From an uncultured delta proteobacterium (GTDB lineage Bacteria; Desulfobacterota; Syntrophorhabdia; Syntrophorhabdales; WCHB1-27), in the NCBI GenBank assembly GCA_963749525.1, contig CAVVNC010000032.1, positions 8,693 through 72,692 of the forward strand: 64,000 bases of DNA, in the 5' to 3' direction. This document shows, piece by piece, positions 10,374 to 21,740 of the stretch (positions within the stretch are counted from its first letter, which is position 1; each line of letters starts with the position of its first letter). Both the position numbers and the translations under genes were made by a program. Below the pieces are notes generated by a model, which saw only the letters and a program-made list of their open reading frames with translations, did no database searches and was not told where the DNA came from.

Positions 10374-11409
10374 TTAAGCGGACTCCTTCAGTAGCTTGTC
10401 GATTTCTTCCCTGATCACCCTCTCGGCAATCTCGAGCAGCATGCGCTTGACATAGTCCTCCACGTATTGGGAGAGGACGGGCGAAAGCTCGGCCGAGAGC
10501 GTCTTTCCGGCCTCTACCATGGCAGACGCGAGGGCCGATTGGATTCGGGCCTCGAGCTCGGACCGCTCAAGACCTGCCTGGGCGCGGACCGCTATTCCCT
10601 CCGCTGCGTCAGGCAGAGGGCCTCCTCCCAGGCTTTCCATCGCGTCCTTGAGCCTGGCCCCGAACGCGCTGGAGAGGCTTTCCTCCACATGGACCTGCCC
10701 GGCTTCACCACTCTCCACCTTCGGCCCAATCTCTGCTGCCTGTTCCTGCTCCACGAGTCCGAGAGCCGCGGGAGGCTCGGGGGTTGCGGGGGGCTCTGGT
10801 GCCGCCGGCTGCCCCTCTTCGAAATGCGCCTCCACGACGGGCAAGACCATTTCTTCGGCGGCCGGTGCTTCGGCCTCTTCCGGAGGCAGCGCCTCCGGCT
10901 CTTTCGTCAACAGGGGCTCAGCCACCTGTTCCGGGACGCCCCCGTCGGCCGGCCCCTCGATACCCGGGGCCGCGTCCCCTGCCTCCGGCACCACGGCCTC
11001 CGGCACCACTGCCTCGGCCGCTTTGTCTTCCACAAGGTCCGTCAGCTCGATGGCCTCATCCTCTTTCGTGATCGTCTCATAGACCCGGAAGAAATTGATC
11101 GGCTTCTCTATCACGCCGTCTGCCTGGTATCCCAGCAAGCTCCGTGGCATCCGACTCGTCCTTGAGAAAGAAGAAGCTTGCCGTTTCGAGGAACTTCTGT
11201 TTCTGCAGCTTCTTGTAGACTTCAATCCCATTCACCTTGGGAAGGTTGACGTTGACGATATATACATCAGGGTTTATCCTCTCAGCGATCCTCTCGACTT
11301 CTTTCCCGTTTGCCGCGTGAATGATCTCAAAATTCGCCTTGGAGAAGACGGTCATGAAAGCATGCTGGAGGCTCTCATCCCTGTCCGCAATGACTATCGT
11401 CTTTTTCAT
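10374..11409 (-). CDS. receiver-domain protein with Asn at the phospho-acceptor position, Pro/Glu/Ala-rich linker and conserved C-terminal helix (frameshift near 11137)
   Basis: MKKTIVIADRDES...PDVYIVNVNLPKVNG (N where D is expected)...GYQADGVIEKP, then AVVPEAVVPE.../PEEAEAPAAEE low-complexity, ending ...YVKRMLLEIAERVIREEIDKLLKESA. Merged from ORFs 11077..11508 and 10374..11231. Confidence 0.7.
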
Positions 11410-11417
11410 GTGTCCCC

Positions 11418-12455
11418 CTAAACAGGTATCTTCCAGGGCATTGGAAGGAATATCCTCTCGAAGAGATTGAAGGCGTACCGGTCCGTCATGCCCGCGATAA
11501 AGTCGCACACACAGGTGGAAGGGTCGTCATAAAACTCTCTCGCTCCCGTCTCCTCAAGAAAGGCATCGGGGTGGTCAAGGAAATAGCGGTAAAGCTCCTC
11601 GATGATCATCGAGCATTTAATGAATTCGGCATGGACGAGGTTGTTTTCGTACACCCGCTCGTAGAGGAAACCCCGAAGCTCCTCCATGCGCTCTTCGACT
11701 TTCGGCTCTATGGACACGTCGTTGTTCTTCAAGCTCTCCCCAATGACGGCGCGCACCATGCAATCTATCCTTCGGGAATGGGTCTCCCCCAGGTCTCTCC
11801 GGCAGTCCTCCGGCAGGTCCGGCAGGGTAATCACATTACCCCTCATGGCATCGTCGATATCATGATTGATATAGGCGATCACGTCGGCTATGCGAATCAC
11901 CTCCGCCTCTCTCGTGAGCGGCTTCTCTTCTGCGGCCCTTATCGTGATGTCCCCTTTGCCCTTCGAATGCCTCAGGATCCCGTCGCGGACCTCCATGGTG
12001 AGGTTGAGACCCTGCCCGTCTCTTTCGAGGAGATCGACGACCCTCAGGCTCTGCTCATTGTGGCGGAAGCCCCCCTCATGCAGCCTGTTGAGCACTTCCT
12101 CCCCTGAGTGGCCGAAGGGAGTGTGGCCGAGGTCGTGGCCAAGGGCGATGGCCTCCACGAGGTCCTCATTCAAAAGGAGCGACTTGGCGATCGTCCTCGC
12201 TATCTGGGATACCTCCAGGGTGTGGGTGAGGCGCGTCCTGTAGTGATCGTCGCTGGGGAAAAGGAATACCTGGGTCTTGTACTTGAGCCTGCGAAAGGAC
12301 TTGCTGTGCACGATCCGATCCCGGTCGTGCTGGAACGCCGGTCTGATGTCGCACGCGACTTCCTGCCTGGCCCGGCCCCTCGTGTCGCGGCTCTTCTGCG
12401 CAAATGGCGAGAGATATTCATCCTCCCTGTCCTCTAACATCGCTCTGATATTCAT
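11418..12455 (-). CDS. dGTP triphosphohydrolase-like HD-domain protein
   Basis: 345-aa ORF. FQHDRDRIVHSKSFRRLKYKTQVF, HYRTRLTHTLEVSQIAR, GHDLGHTPFGH. Confidence 0.85.
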   Translation of the reverse strand: MNIRAMLEDREDEYLSPFAQKSRDTRGRARQEVACDIRPAFQHDRDRIVHSKSFRRLKYKTQVFLFPSDDHYRTRLTHTLEVSQIARTIAKSLLLNEDLVEAIALGHDLGHTPFGHSGEEVLNRLHEGGFRHNEQSLRVVDLLERDGQGLNLTMEVRDGILRHSKGKGDITIRAAEEKPLTREAEVIRIADVIAYINHDIDDAMRGNVITLPDLPEDCRRDLGETHSRRIDCMVRAVIGESLKNNDVSIEPKVEERMEELRGFLYERVYENNLVHAEFIKCSMIIEELYRYFLDHPDAFLEETGAREFYDDPSTCVCDFIAGMTDRYAFNLFERIFLPMPWKIPV

Positions 12456-12740
12456 ATGAACATTGGAAATAATCCGTCGTACTCTATCATAAGCACGGGA
12501 CTATTTCAACAACGGGGCGGTGAAGCGGGCCTGAACGCAAATGGATAGGGGGCGAAAGGGCATCCTCCTTGACAAAGTCTTCCGTGGGCTTCGTTATTCG
12601 TGGGATGCGAGTTTTCTTCGCCAGTCCCGGCAATCCAGGTAACACTTGACACGATCGTCTGTGGGGTCTGATAATGTAGCGTCGGTCCCGAAGGCTCATC
12701 ACGGCGAGGATAAGGGGCTTAAGACTAAGGGGGAGGCATC

Positions 12741-13316
12741 GTGAAACCGGCGCTCATCATCGTCGACATGCTCGAAGACAACTACGGGGACAGGTCCAAC
12801 AAGGACCGGGAAGAGGAACGGATCGTTCCGCTGGTGCGCGACTTTCTAAAGACGTGCAGGGGAATCTCCGTTCCCGTCATTTTCGCCTGCGACAGCTTTC
12901 TCGAAGGCGATTTCCTCTTCGGAGGCCGCATGAAGCCCCATGCCATACGGGGAACCGAAGGGGCAAGGGTGCTCCACGATCTCGAGCCTCAGAGCGGCGA
13001 TACGATCCTCCCCAAGAGGCGGTTCAGCGCCTTCTTCAAGACCGATCTTGACCAGACGCTCCGCACGTGGCACGTCGATACCGTGGCCGTGGGAGGCATC
13101 ACCACCCACTTCTGCGTCCTGGCCACCGCTTTCGATGCTATCTGCCACGACTTCCGCACTGTCATCCTGGAGGACCTCTGCGCCTCCCACAAGAGGGAGA
13201 TCCACGAGAACACCCTCAACGCGTACCGGCGCTCCGCTATACACCCTTTGCTCACCGTCGCGACCTCCTCCGAATTCCTTGAAGAATACCGGCGCACGAC
13301 CGCCGCTGGGCGCTAG
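12741..13316 (+). CDS. isochorismatase-family cysteine hydrolase
   Basis: GTG start after a GGGGGAGG RBS. ALIIVDMLED..., KRRFSAFF.TDLD..LR...VDTVAVGGITTHFCVLATA. Confidence 0.8.
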   Translation: MKPALIIVDMLEDNYGDRSNKDREEERIVPLVRDFLKTCRGISVPVIFACDSFLEGDFLFGGRMKPHAIRGTEGARVLHDLEPQSGDTILPKRRFSAFFKTDLDQTLRTWHVDTVAVGGITTHFCVLATAFDAICHDFRTVILEDLCASHKREIHENTLNAYRRSAIHPLLTVATSSEFLEEYRRTTAAGR

Positions 13317-13485
13317 GGCGAGCCGGCCCCTTTTTCGCGAGGGGAGTTGCAGGGTCGATGCCGACGATAAGGACGCATTCATCGCCGCGGCCAAGACGCG
13401 CCAATGGGCCGGAGAAAAGTCCGTGCGAACGCTGGCGTGATCTTCTCGCGTTCTTAAGGCGCGCGAAGGAAGGGATTGGCCCCGG

Positions 13486-14786
13486 TTACACGCGGGCCGC
13501 GCTCTGCCTCATGGCCAGCAGGGCAAGCCGGAGGTTGGCCTGGGTCCACAGAAGGGGCACGTGATCGTTGGGGACATAGCGGCCGTGCTCCAGATAGTAG
13601 GCCTCCGGGCAGCGCAGCTCGCCCTGCGGGCATTCGGGACCGGTCATTTGCCCGAGGGACCGGTTCAGGTGGAGCACCTGCCCCTCCAGATCGATGGGAT
13701 CGCCCGATCGTAGGTAGCGGCGTCCGAAGATGATTGAGATGATGGGATCGAAGATACACCATTGGGCCTCCTCGCCCGGTCGCGCCAGGGCGTCCCTGGC
13801 TTCCTGGCGCTCGCTCACGTCCGCGGTAAGCTCCTCGGCAGGCAGCTTCTCCTTGTAGTCGGCGGTCCAGTAAGAGTCTCCGAGATACCTGCGGATGCCG
13901 TAGTCACCCTGAAGGTTCAGCCGCACGTCCTCGAGGATCGTCTCTTCCATAGGCCCGTCCACCACCTCCAAAGGATAGATCAGGAAGAGCAGGGCGGAAT
14001 CATACCGGCGATACTTGCGGGGATCGGACTGGATGCATTCCGCGGGAAGAATGGAGGCAAGGGCTTCTTCTCCCCGCGAGATCAGGCCATCGAGAAAGGC
14101 GGAATTGACCGCCTCGCCCCCGGCCTTGCGGAGGGGGCAGCCCAATGGCGAGAAGCTCACGCAGTCCTTTCAGACCCGCCACTACCGCGCCGATGCTCGA
14201 GGCCTCTACCTTTCGTCTTTCCTCCCAGTGGCCGCTGTCCTCATCTTCCCAGTAATGGATGGCGTCGAAATAGAGCGCGAACAGGGCCAATAGGTCCCCG
14301 TCCGGCGCCAGGGAGCCCTCGCGCGCCAAGAGGCAATACATCCAGAGGAAGTAGCCCAGGGCATCGTTCTGGGCATGGGCCCAGCGGGCCGGGATTTCGA
14401 GGAGGCTCAGCCCGTCGAAGCGGACCTGGGGACGGCTCATCGGCGACTTACTGTCCCCACGTCCCTCCACGATAGCCTCGAAGCGGACGCGGTACTTGCG
14501 AAAGAAGGCGGCCAGGCCTTTCACCGCGGCGCTCGCCTCCTTCGTCCGCCCTGCGGCTCTGAGGGCCAGGGCAACGTAGATATTGTCCCTAACCCAGACA
14601 TTGCCGTAGCCGCTCTGGGAGGCTGCCTTCGGGTCGATGGCAGCGGCGGGATATAATCCGGTGGGCAGAGGGAAGAAGTCGAAGGGCCCCCCGGGCGTCC
14701 AGAAACGCGAGAAGGTTGTCGATATCGTCCACGCTGTAGCGGGCTTTTAACCGCTGCCCGATTTCGTCATGATGGATCACGATCAT
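13486..14786 (-). CDS. glycoside hydrolase family 15 / glucoamylase-like protein (at least 2 frameshifts)
   Basis: Fragments 14589..14786, 14000..14524 and 13486..14160 join into one protein: ...NDALGYFLWMY...YWEDEDSGHWEE...SSIGAVVAGL...DSALLFLIYP...IRRYLGDSYW...PLLWTQANL. Confidence 0.6.
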
Positions 14787-14864
14787 CTCATGCGCACCTG
14801 GTTCATTGCGGCGCTACTTTCGGGACATGCGCCGGTCTATGGTTCTTTTCGGTCAGTCAAATGA

Positions 14865-15415
14865 TCAGCGCCCGTGCTTCTCTATCTTTTCCCAACGCCG
14901 GAAGTAGCGGAGTCGAATGAGGAACGAAAAAACGATGCCGGCACCTCCTGAAAAGACAAACGAGTAATGCCTGACCCAGTCCGCAAAAGGTGCGCCTCCA
15001 CCCGTCCTCCCTATCTCCGGAGAGACCAGCACGGTTCCCATGACAAGCAACGCAGAGGACGATCGTCGACCATTCAAGGGCCCAATCCTCCAGGGCGAAG
15101 ACGTTGAGCCTCTTCCGCTTCTTTCCCCGGGTCTCGTCGACAAACCGCTCGTACTCCCCTTCCTCGTCCCGGCCTTTGAGTCGCAGAAAAGTACCGACCA
15201 CCATTATGCGGAGCGTCAAGTGCCTGCACATCAGGTCCACGTACAGGCAAGACCGCCGGAATGAGAAGAAGTACGTAAAGAGCGCCCGGCACACTGCCTT
15301 TTCCGGTGAAGCCCAGTCCGGCGCCTCCCAGGCCTGAAACGATTATGAGCTTCCATTTCAGAAGGTCGGTCCGGGCTTTTTCGGCCTCGATGATCTCATC
15401 GCGCAGAGCCGACAT
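14865..15415 (-). CDS. hypothetical membrane protein (frameshifted fragments)
   Basis: Three overlapping minus-strand ORFs (15074..15415, 14857..15294, 14865..15143) with hydrophobic segments. No family recognised. Confidence 0.35.
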
Positions 15416-15657
15416 GTCAAGAACCTCCTTGAGGCGATGCTTTTAGGCTATCCGCCGCTTCATTGAGATGCCCTCATGGACGGACCGTCTTATTTAGGCC
15501 CTCACTTACCCGGCGAACGCGGCCCGAACGTCGGCGGTCTTTCGGAAGCCGTCTCCCCACTGTCATTATTAGGGAAATGTCAAAAGAGTACAATAACTAT
15601 TTGGAAGGCTCCCGAGAGAAAGGGCACGCCTTTCAAGGACAGGCTTCTCGTTTCTTC

Positions 15658-16137
15658 CTAGCCCATCCGATCTTTCAGTTTCCGGTACGTCTCGTAGAGG
15701 TGCTCGGAGATGACCTTGGTCTCCCCGACGACGGGCATGAAGTTCGTATCGCCGAACCACCGGGGCACCACGTGGATGTGGATGTGCTCTTCGAGTCCCG
15801 CTCCCGCTGCCTTCCCCATGTTGATCCCCACGTTGAGCCCATCTATGCTCATCTCTTGTCTCAGGACGGCCGAGATGGTGCGGACGAGGCGCATCATCTC
15901 GAGAAGCTCCTCGTCCGTAAGGTCTTCTATGCTCCCCACGTGCCTGGTGGGGACCACCATCACATGTCCGTTGGAATAGGGATACCTGTTCATGATCGCG
16001 AAAGCGGCCGGTTTTCTCACGAGCACGAGGGCCTTATCGTCGCCATCCGCGTCGAGACAAAGGAAACACTTGCCCTTGTCCGGGCGCTTCTCGCTCGCGA
16101 TGTATTCCATCCTCCACGGCGCCCACAGCCGCTTCAT
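15658..16137 (-). CDS. HIT-family (histidine triad) nucleotide hydrolase/transferase
   Basis: 159-aa ORF with NRYPYSNGHVMVVP and HIHIHVVPRW triad. The start is 1 nt after the stop of the HNH gene. Confidence 0.85.
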   Translation of the reverse strand: MKRLWAPWRMEYIASEKRPDKGKCFLCLDADGDDKALVLVRKPAAFAIMNRYPYSNGHVMVVPTRHVGSIEDLTDEELLEMMRLVRTISAVLRQEMSIDGLNVGINMGKAAGAGLEEHIHIHVVPRWFGDTNFMPVVGETKVISEHLYETYRKLKDRMG

Positions 16138-16138
16138 G

Positions 16139-16651
16139 TCAATCCCTCAGAAACATGTAGTCTTTCCAGTAATCCGGCAGGGTCTTCACCCCGAGATTAA
16201 GCAGGAGCACGTGGAAGCCGCTCGGACGGGTAGCCTTCTTTCTCGGCACCATCTCCACTTCTTCGGGCAGCTTGTCTGCCTTTTTCAGATTGCAGTAGAT
16301 GCAGGAGGTCACTATGTTCGTCCATTCGGTGATGCCGCCTCTCGACCTCGGGACAACGTGGTCGCAAGTGAGGTGCTTCGGCTCGAACCGCTTCCCGCAG
16401 TACTGGCACGTGTAGTCGTCGCGGAGGAAGACGTTCCTCCTCGAAAAGCGCACGCTCGCATGGTTGTTGCGGACGAACCTGCGCAGCCGCACCACTGCCG
16501 GGAGCGCCATCCGTTGCGAGACGCTCTTTATCTCCCGGTCATATTCCTTGATCACCTCCACCTTTTGGAGGAAGAGAAGGGTTACCGCCTTTTTCCAGGA
16601 GACTATGGCGAGGGGCTCGAAAGTCGTGTTGAGAAGGAGCGTCCGGTCCAT
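16139..16651 (-). CDS. HNH endonuclease-family protein
   Basis: CQYCGKRF...LTCDHVVPRSRGG...WTNIVTSCIYCNLKKAD. Confidence 0.85.
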   Translation of the reverse strand: MDRTLLLNTTFEPLAIVSWKKAVTLLFLQKVEVIKEYDREIKSVSQRMALPAVVRLRRFVRNNHASVRFSRRNVFLRDDYTCQYCGKRFEPKHLTCDHVVPRSRGGITEWTNIVTSCIYCNLKKADKLPEEVEMVPRKKATRPSGFHVLLLNLGVKTLPDYWKDYMFLRD

Positions 16652-16730
16652 GGCTCTATTGACAATACCGCTTTTGCCCGGTTCCTGTCAAGGATAGCGC
16701 AATGCGAGTGGGGAAGACGTATGGGCCGGA

Positions 16731-17225
16731 CTATTCCTTCCATCCGAGATAGTTGGAAGGGGTCTGCCGGAGCTGCCGCTCGAAGCCCCACGCCACGACC
16801 TGGCGGTCCGCCTCTATCTCGCTCTCATGGCCGTGCCACTTCGTACGGCGAAAGTGGTCGAGAAAAACGTGCGCGAACTCATGGGCAATGGTGTAGACAA
16901 TTTCATGGGCCGGGCACTTGTCGAAGTCGGTCGTGAAAACGACGAGGACCAGATCGCCCTTACCCGGGTCGTAGAGGACAGGATCGAGGGTCACCACGGC
17001 ATTCGTCGACGCGGCGAGGACGTGCACGTTTCTCTCGTAGGCGATGGCCCTCAAGTCTTCCTCAGGCAGGTGCATGAGGCATTCCTTCAGGTGGTACTTG
17101 AAGTTGTGGCTGCTCGACCCGATAATCCGCTGAAGGAGATAATCGGCGATCGATGTCTTGGCGACCATTCCGGCCTTTGGCTTTTCCTGCATTCCGTCTT
17201 CTAGGGCAAAGGGAGGCGCATCCAT
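16731..17225 (-). CDS. HExxH metallopeptidase-like protein (ImmA/IrrE-like motif)
   Basis: 164-aa ORF. YTIAHEFAHVFLDH...ESEIEADRQVVAWGF resembles HExxH...ExEAN of COG2856-type proteases. Assignment is tentative. Confidence 0.35.
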   Translation of the reverse strand: MDAPPFALEDGMQEKPKAGMVAKTSIADYLLQRIIGSSSHNFKYHLKECLMHLPEEDLRAIAYERNVHVLAASTNAVVTLDPVLYDPGKGDLVLVVFTTDFDKCPAHEIVYTIAHEFAHVFLDHFRRTKWHGHESEIEADRQVVAWGFERQLRQTPSNYLGWKE

Positions 17226-17243
17226 CGTCCCCCCGTTTCTTCT

Positions 17244-17810
17244 CTACCTCTTCTCCAGGGCATCCAGGGAAAGGTTGAGATCGAGGACATTGACCATTTC
17301 TCTGCTTCCCGGTCCGTAGAGGCGGTCGGCCGAGGCCAGGACGAGGGCCGATACCCGCTGCCTCGAAAGCCCCCTTGCCTTCGCCACCCTTTCGCTCTGC
17401 AGGAGTGCCCCCTCGAGGCTGATGTCGGGATCGAGGCCGCTCGCGGACGCGAGGACCAGATCCGCCGGGACAGGCGCGGCGGGAGAGAGTCCGTCTTCCT
17501 GGCGGATTCTTGCTATCCTTTTGGCGACTTCTTCGATGAACTTCGCGTTGGAAGGTCCGAAATTGGTCCCTCCGGAATTGGTCGCGTCATAATCGCTCGC
17601 CGAAGGCCTGCCGTGGAAGTACTGGGGCGTGGTGAACTTCTGCCCGATGAGCGATGAGCCCACAACCTTGCCTCCGGCCAGGACCAGGCTGCCCACCGCT
17701 TTTTCCGGGAAGAGGAGGCGCGCAAGGCCGGTGATCGCGAAGGGGTAGGCAAGGCCGGTGAGGATTGAGAGGACGACAAAAACGAGGAGCGCCCGCAAAA
17801 ATGGTCTCAT
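17244..17810 (-). CDS. kdpC: potassium-transporting ATPase subunit C
   Basis: 188-aa ORF, single N-terminal TM, GSSLIGQ.F....YFHGRPSA...SGGSNFGP...ASGLDP pattern, downstream of kdpB. Confidence 0.9.
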   Translation of the reverse strand: MRPFLRALLVFVVLSILTGLAYPFAITGLARLLFPEKAVGSLVLAGGKVVGSSLIGQKFTTPQYFHGRPSASDYDATNSGGTNFGPSNAKFIEEVAKRIARIRQEDGLSPAAPVPADLVLASASGLDPDISLEGALLQSERVAKARGLSRQRVSALVLASADRLYGPGSREMVNVLDLNLSLDALEKR

Positions 17811-17822
17811 TGGTAACCTCCC

Positions 17823-19859
17823 TTAGGCAAGGTGCAGGAAAACGACTATCATGTCTATCAGCTTGATGCCGACGAAGGGCAACGCCAGGCCCCCGAAGCC
17901 GTATATGACGAGATTCCTCCAGAGGAGGGCCTGGGCCGTGATGGGCCGGTACTTGATCCCTTTCAGGGCAAGGGGAATGAGAAGGGGGATGATGATTGCG
18001 TTGAAGATGATAGCGGAAAGGATCGCGCTCTGCGGCGTGGCCAGGCGCATGATGTTGAGTACGGCGAGCACGGGAAACACCTCAACGAAAATGGCCGGAA
18101 TGATGGCGAAGTACTTGGATACGTCATTGGCAACGCTGAACGTGGTGAGGGCCCCCCTGGTCATCAGTATCTGCTTTCCGATCGCCACGATATCGAGGAG
18201 CTTGGTGGGGTTGGAGTCGAGATCGACCATGTTGGCCGCCTCCCTCGAAGCCTGGGTTCCGGCGTTCATCGCCACCGCAACATCGGCCTGGGCAAGGGCA
18301 GGGGCATCGTTCGTGCCGTCGCCGATCATGGCGACGAGATGGCCCTCCCCCTGGTATTTGCGGATGAGCCGCAGCTTCTCTTCCGGCCGCGCCTGTGCCA
18401 CGAAATCGTCGATGCCGGCTTCCGCGGCAATGGCCGCGGCGGTGAGGGGGTTGTCCCCGGTGATCATGGTAGAGGTGATCCCCATGCGGCGGAGCTGATC
18501 GAGACGCTCCTTTATCCCCTCCTTGAGCACGTCCTTGAGCTGAATGACCCCGAGGACCCTCTGTGACTCAGCCACCACGAGCGGCGTGCCGCCCTCGCGG
18601 CCCACCCGGGCAGCCGCCTCTTCCACGCTGTCGGGGACCTGGCCTCCGTTCTTCTGCACGAAGAGGGCAACGGCATCGGTTGCGCCCTTGCGTATCTCCC
18701 GGCCGTCGAGGGAGACACCGCTCATGCGCAGCTCCGGCGTAAAAGGCACGAAGGCCGACGCATCGGGAGTCTTGATGTCGCGGCCGCGCACGTCGAGACG
18801 GTGCTTCGCCAGGGCCACGATGCTTCTTCCCTCCGGGGTCTCGTCCGCAAGGGAAGAGAGGAGGGCCGCCTCCATCAGCTCCTCGTTGGCCACCCCTTCG
18901 GCAGGTATGAAATCGGTGGCCATCCGGTTGCCCAGGGTGATGGTCCCGGTCTTGTCGAGGAGGACCACGTCCACGTCGCCGGAAGCCTCCACCGCCCGCC
19001 CGCTCAGGGCAATGACATTGTGCTGGATGAGACGGTCCATGCCCGCGATGCCGATGGCAGGGAGAAGGCCCCCGATCGTCGTGGGTATGAGACAGACGAG
19101 GAGGGCGATGAGCACGGTGACGGGAACGGCGACGCCCCCGTAAGCGGCAAAGGGAAGGAGCGTGGCGACGACAACGATGAAAAGCACGGTGAGCCCCACG
19201 AGCAGGATTTCGAGGGCCACCTCGTTCGGCGTCTTCTGCCGGGTGGCGCTCTCCACCATGGAGATCATATGGTCGAGGAATGTCTCGCCGGGGTTGGCGG
19301 TGATCATTACCTTGATGCGGCCGGACAGGATGCGGGTCCCTCCGGTGACGGCGCTCCGGTCGCCCTTTGCCTCCCTGATCACCGGGGCCGATTCGCCGGT
19401 GACCGCGGACTCATCGACGAGGGCGACCCCTTCAACTATCTCACCGTCGCCGGGAACAGGGTCGCTGTCCTCCATGAGCACGATGTCGCCCTTCCGCAGG
19501 GAAAGGGCCTGAACTTTTTCCTCTCTTCCGTCCGCGCACACCCTGCGCGCATACGCCTCGGTCTGGGCCTTCCGCAGAGACTCTGCCTGGGCCTTTCCCC
19601 TGCCTTCGGCGAGGGCCTCCGCGAAGTTGGCAAAGAGCACGGTAAACCAGAGCCAGATGCTTATCTGCGCGTTGAACGAGAAAGGCCGGCCGGAGAAGAG
19701 GTTGCTCACGGAGATGACCGTGGTGACCACGGAGACGATCTCGACGACGAACATGACGGGATTGCGCCAGAGGAGACGCGGATCGAGCCGCCGGAAAGAG
19801 CCGGTGACAGCCGATCTCATCAGCCCCGATTGCCATATACTGATATGCTTTTCTTCCAT
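17823..19859 (-). CDS. kdpB: potassium-transporting P-type ATPase subunit B
   Basis: 678-aa intact ORF with [28 protein letters not shown]. Confidence 0.95.
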   Translation of the reverse strand: MEEKHISIWQSGLMRSAVTGSFRRLDPRLLWRNPVMFVVEIVSVVTTVISVSNLFSGRPFSFNAQISIWLWFTVLFANFAEALAEGRGKAQAESLRKAQTEAYARRVCADGREEKVQALSLRKGDIVLMEDSDPVPGDGEIVEGVALVDESAVTGESAPVIREAKGDRSAVTGGTRILSGRIKVMITANPGETFLDHMISMVESATRQKTPNEVALEILLVGLTVLFIVVVATLLPFAAYGGVAVPVTVLIALLVCLIPTTIGGLLPAIGIAGMDRLIQHNVIALSGRAVEASGDVDVVLLDKTGTITLGNRMATDFIPAEGVANEELMEAALLSSLADETPEGRSIVALAKHRLDVRGRDIKTPDASAFVPFTPELRMSGVSLDGREIRKGATDAVALFVQKNGGQVPDSVEEAAARVGREGGTPLVVAESQRVLGVIQLKDVLKEGIKERLDQLRRMGITSTMITGDNPLTAAAIAAEAGIDDFVAQARPEEKLRLIRKYQGEGHLVAMIGDGTNDAPALAQADVAVAMNAGTQASREAANMVDLDSNPTKLLDIVAIGKQILMTRGALTTFSVANDVSKYFAIIPAIFVEVFPVLAVLNIMRLATPQSAILSAIIFNAIIIPLLIPLALKGIKYRPITAQALLWRNLVIYGFGGLALPFVGIKLIDMIVVFLHLA

Positions 19860-19872
19860 GGATGTCTCCTCT

Positions 19873-21573
19873 TTAGAAAACCCGGCCGGCTGCGAGCAGG
19901 AGCTGTTCGAGCACGGGCCCGAGAACGAGGGCGGGGAAAAAGGTGAGGGCCCCGACGATGATGACGACCCCGACGAGCATGCCGACGAAGAGGGCGCTTG
20001 CCGTCGGGAACGTGGCGGAGCTCGGGGGGATAGTCTTTTTGGCGGCCAGGGACCCGGCGATGGCCAGGGCGGGCACTATGGTGAGGAACCTCCCAACGAG
20101 CATCACGAATCCCATCGTGAGGTTATAGAAAGGGGTATTCGCGTTCAGGCCCGCAAAGGCGGACCCGTTGTTGCCGGCCGCGGAGAAGTACGCATAGAGT
20201 ATCTCCGAGAGGCCATGAGGACCGGCGTTGTTGAGGCTTGCGAGGCCCGTCTTCGTGGCCGTTGCCAGGGCAGCGAAGATAAGGGACGCGATGGCCGGGG
20301 CGATCACGACGATGACCGCCATGATCATTTCCCTCGATTCGAGCTTTTTCCCCAGGAATTCAGGGGTGCGGCCGATCATGAGGCCGGCCAGGAACAGGGT
20401 AAGGATGGCGTACATGAGCATGCCGATGAGGCCGACGCCGACGCCCCCGAAGATCACCTCCCCCACTGCGATATTGAACATGTAGACGAGGCCTGTGAGA
20501 GGCATCATGCTGTCGTGCATGCTGTTCACGGAGCCGTTGGACGTCACGGTGCTGGCCTGCCCCCACAGTACGGACGGCCCGATGCCGAAGCGCACCTCTT
20601 TCCCTTCCATGTTGCCGCCCATCACCCCCAGCTTCGCAATGGCGGGATTCGCTTGCCACTCCGCTGCGAGAGAGACGCAGAGCCCCAGGAGAAAGAGGAC
20701 CATCATTGCCCAGAAGATGGCTGATCCCTGGCGGCGGTTATTGATCATGGTCCCGAAGGTGAAGCACAGGGCCATGGGGATAAGCAGAATTGAGAGCATC
20801 TCCAGGAAATTAGACAGGGCCGTGGGGTTCTCGAAGGGATGGGAGGAATTGGCGTTGAAGAAGCCGCCGCCGTTTGAGCCGAGCTGCTTCACGGCCACCT
20901 GGCTCGCCGCTGGCCCCACGGCGATGACCTGTTTTCCACCTTCCAGCGTGTGAGCATGCACGTAGGCGTCAAACGTCTGGACGACCCCCTGCGAGACGAG
21001 CACCGTCGCGAGGATGAGGCTCAAAGGAAGGAGCACGTAGACAACGGCGCGGGTCATGTCGACCCAGAAGTTGCCCACGGTCTCTTTCAGCTTCGAGGTG
21101 AAGGCGCGGATAAGGGGCAGGGCCACCGCTATGCCTGCGGCTGCCGAGACGAAGTTCTGCACCGTCAATCCAAGCATCTGCGTCAGGTAGGTCATGGTGA
21201 CTTCGCCGCTGTAGGCCTGCCAGTTCGTGTTGGTCATGTAGGATATGGCAGTATTGATGGCGGTGTCCCACCTGACCTGCCCGAATCCCTGCGGATTGAG
21301 GGGCAAACGCCCCTGAGCGAGCTGAAGGAGGAAGAGGGCCACGAGGCTTATGCCGCTGAACCAGAGAAAGTCGCCGATATAGGCTTTCCACGTCATCTCT
21401 TCCTTTTCGTCTATTCGGCAGACCCGGTATATGAGGCGCTCCAGGGGTAAGGCCACGGGGCTCAGCAGGTTCCGCCTGCCCTGGAAAACCGCAGCCATAT
21501 AGCGGCCCATGAGCGGGGCGAGGGCCGCGAGCACGATGAGAAAGATGACGATGTAAACCACGTCCTGGGTCAT
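19873..21573 (-). CDS. kdpA: potassium-transporting ATPase subunit A
   Basis: ORF 19873..21588. The ATG at 21573 (MTQDVVYIV...) sits 7 nt after a GGAGG. Multi-TM KdpA pattern ([18 protein letters not shown]). Confidence 0.95.
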   Translation of the reverse strand: MTQDVVYIVIFLIVLAALAPLMGRYMAAVFQGRRNLLSPVALPLERLIYRVCRIDEKEEMTWKAYIGDFLWFSGISLVALFLLQLAQGRLPLNPQGFGQVRWDTAINTAISYMTNTNWQAYSGEVTMTYLTQMLGLTVQNFVSAAAGIAVALPLIRAFTSKLKETVGNFWVDMTRAVVYVLLPLSLILATVLVSQGVVQTFDAYVHAHTLEGGKQVIAVGPAASQVAVKQLGSNGGGFFNANSSHPFENPTALSNFLEMLSILLIPMALCFTFGTMINNRRQGSAIFWAMMVLFLLGLCVSLAAEWQANPAIAKLGVMGGNMEGKEVRFGIGPSVLWGQASTVTSNGSVNSMHDSMMPLTGLVYMFNIAVGEVIFGGVGVGLIGMLMYAILTLFLAGLMIGRTPEFLGKKLESREMIMAVIVVIAPAIASLIFAALATATKTGLASLNNAGPHGLSEILYAYFSAAGNNGSAFAGLNANTPFYNLTMGFVMLVGRFLTIVPALAIAGSLAAKKTIPPSSATFPTASALFVGMLVGVVIIVGALTFFPALVLGPVLEQLLLAAGRVF

Positions 21574-21599
21574 GAGATAGACCTCCATCCAATGTCGGA

Positions 21600-21675
21600 A
21601 TGCTAAGCTTAATGCATCATAAGTAAATTTAGTGTCAAAGTTGGCGGCAGTGCCGTAAAGAAATCATAAAAATGG
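21600..21675 (-). promoter_or_regulatory. kdpABC promoter region with putative KdpE operator
   Basis: Minus-strand CCATTTTTATGATTTCTTTACGG (21653-21675) has half sites TTTATG-N5-TTTACG. It closely resembles the E. coli kdpFABC KdpE site CATTTTTATACTTTTTTTACA as I recall it. A TTGACA hexamer (21633-21638) lies just downstream. Confidence 0.55.
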
Positions 21676-21740
21676 AAGGCAAGAGCTAAGCAGCCGATGC
21701 GTCGGCTCCGGCGTTTGGCCGACGGAAAAAGTGGTCAGGC

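Noticed and set aside
17832-20724. Long plus-strand ORFs (17832..18566, 18801..19946, 19627..20724) inside kdpB/kdpA
   Set aside because: They are antisense shadows of intact kdpB/kdpA, with no motifs and extreme Arg/Gly/Asp/His content.
21574-21740. Small kdpF gene upstream of kdpA
   Set aside because: There is no short hydrophobic ORF with an RBS. The ORF-track extension MEVYL of kdpA is just the GGAGG RBS read in frame.
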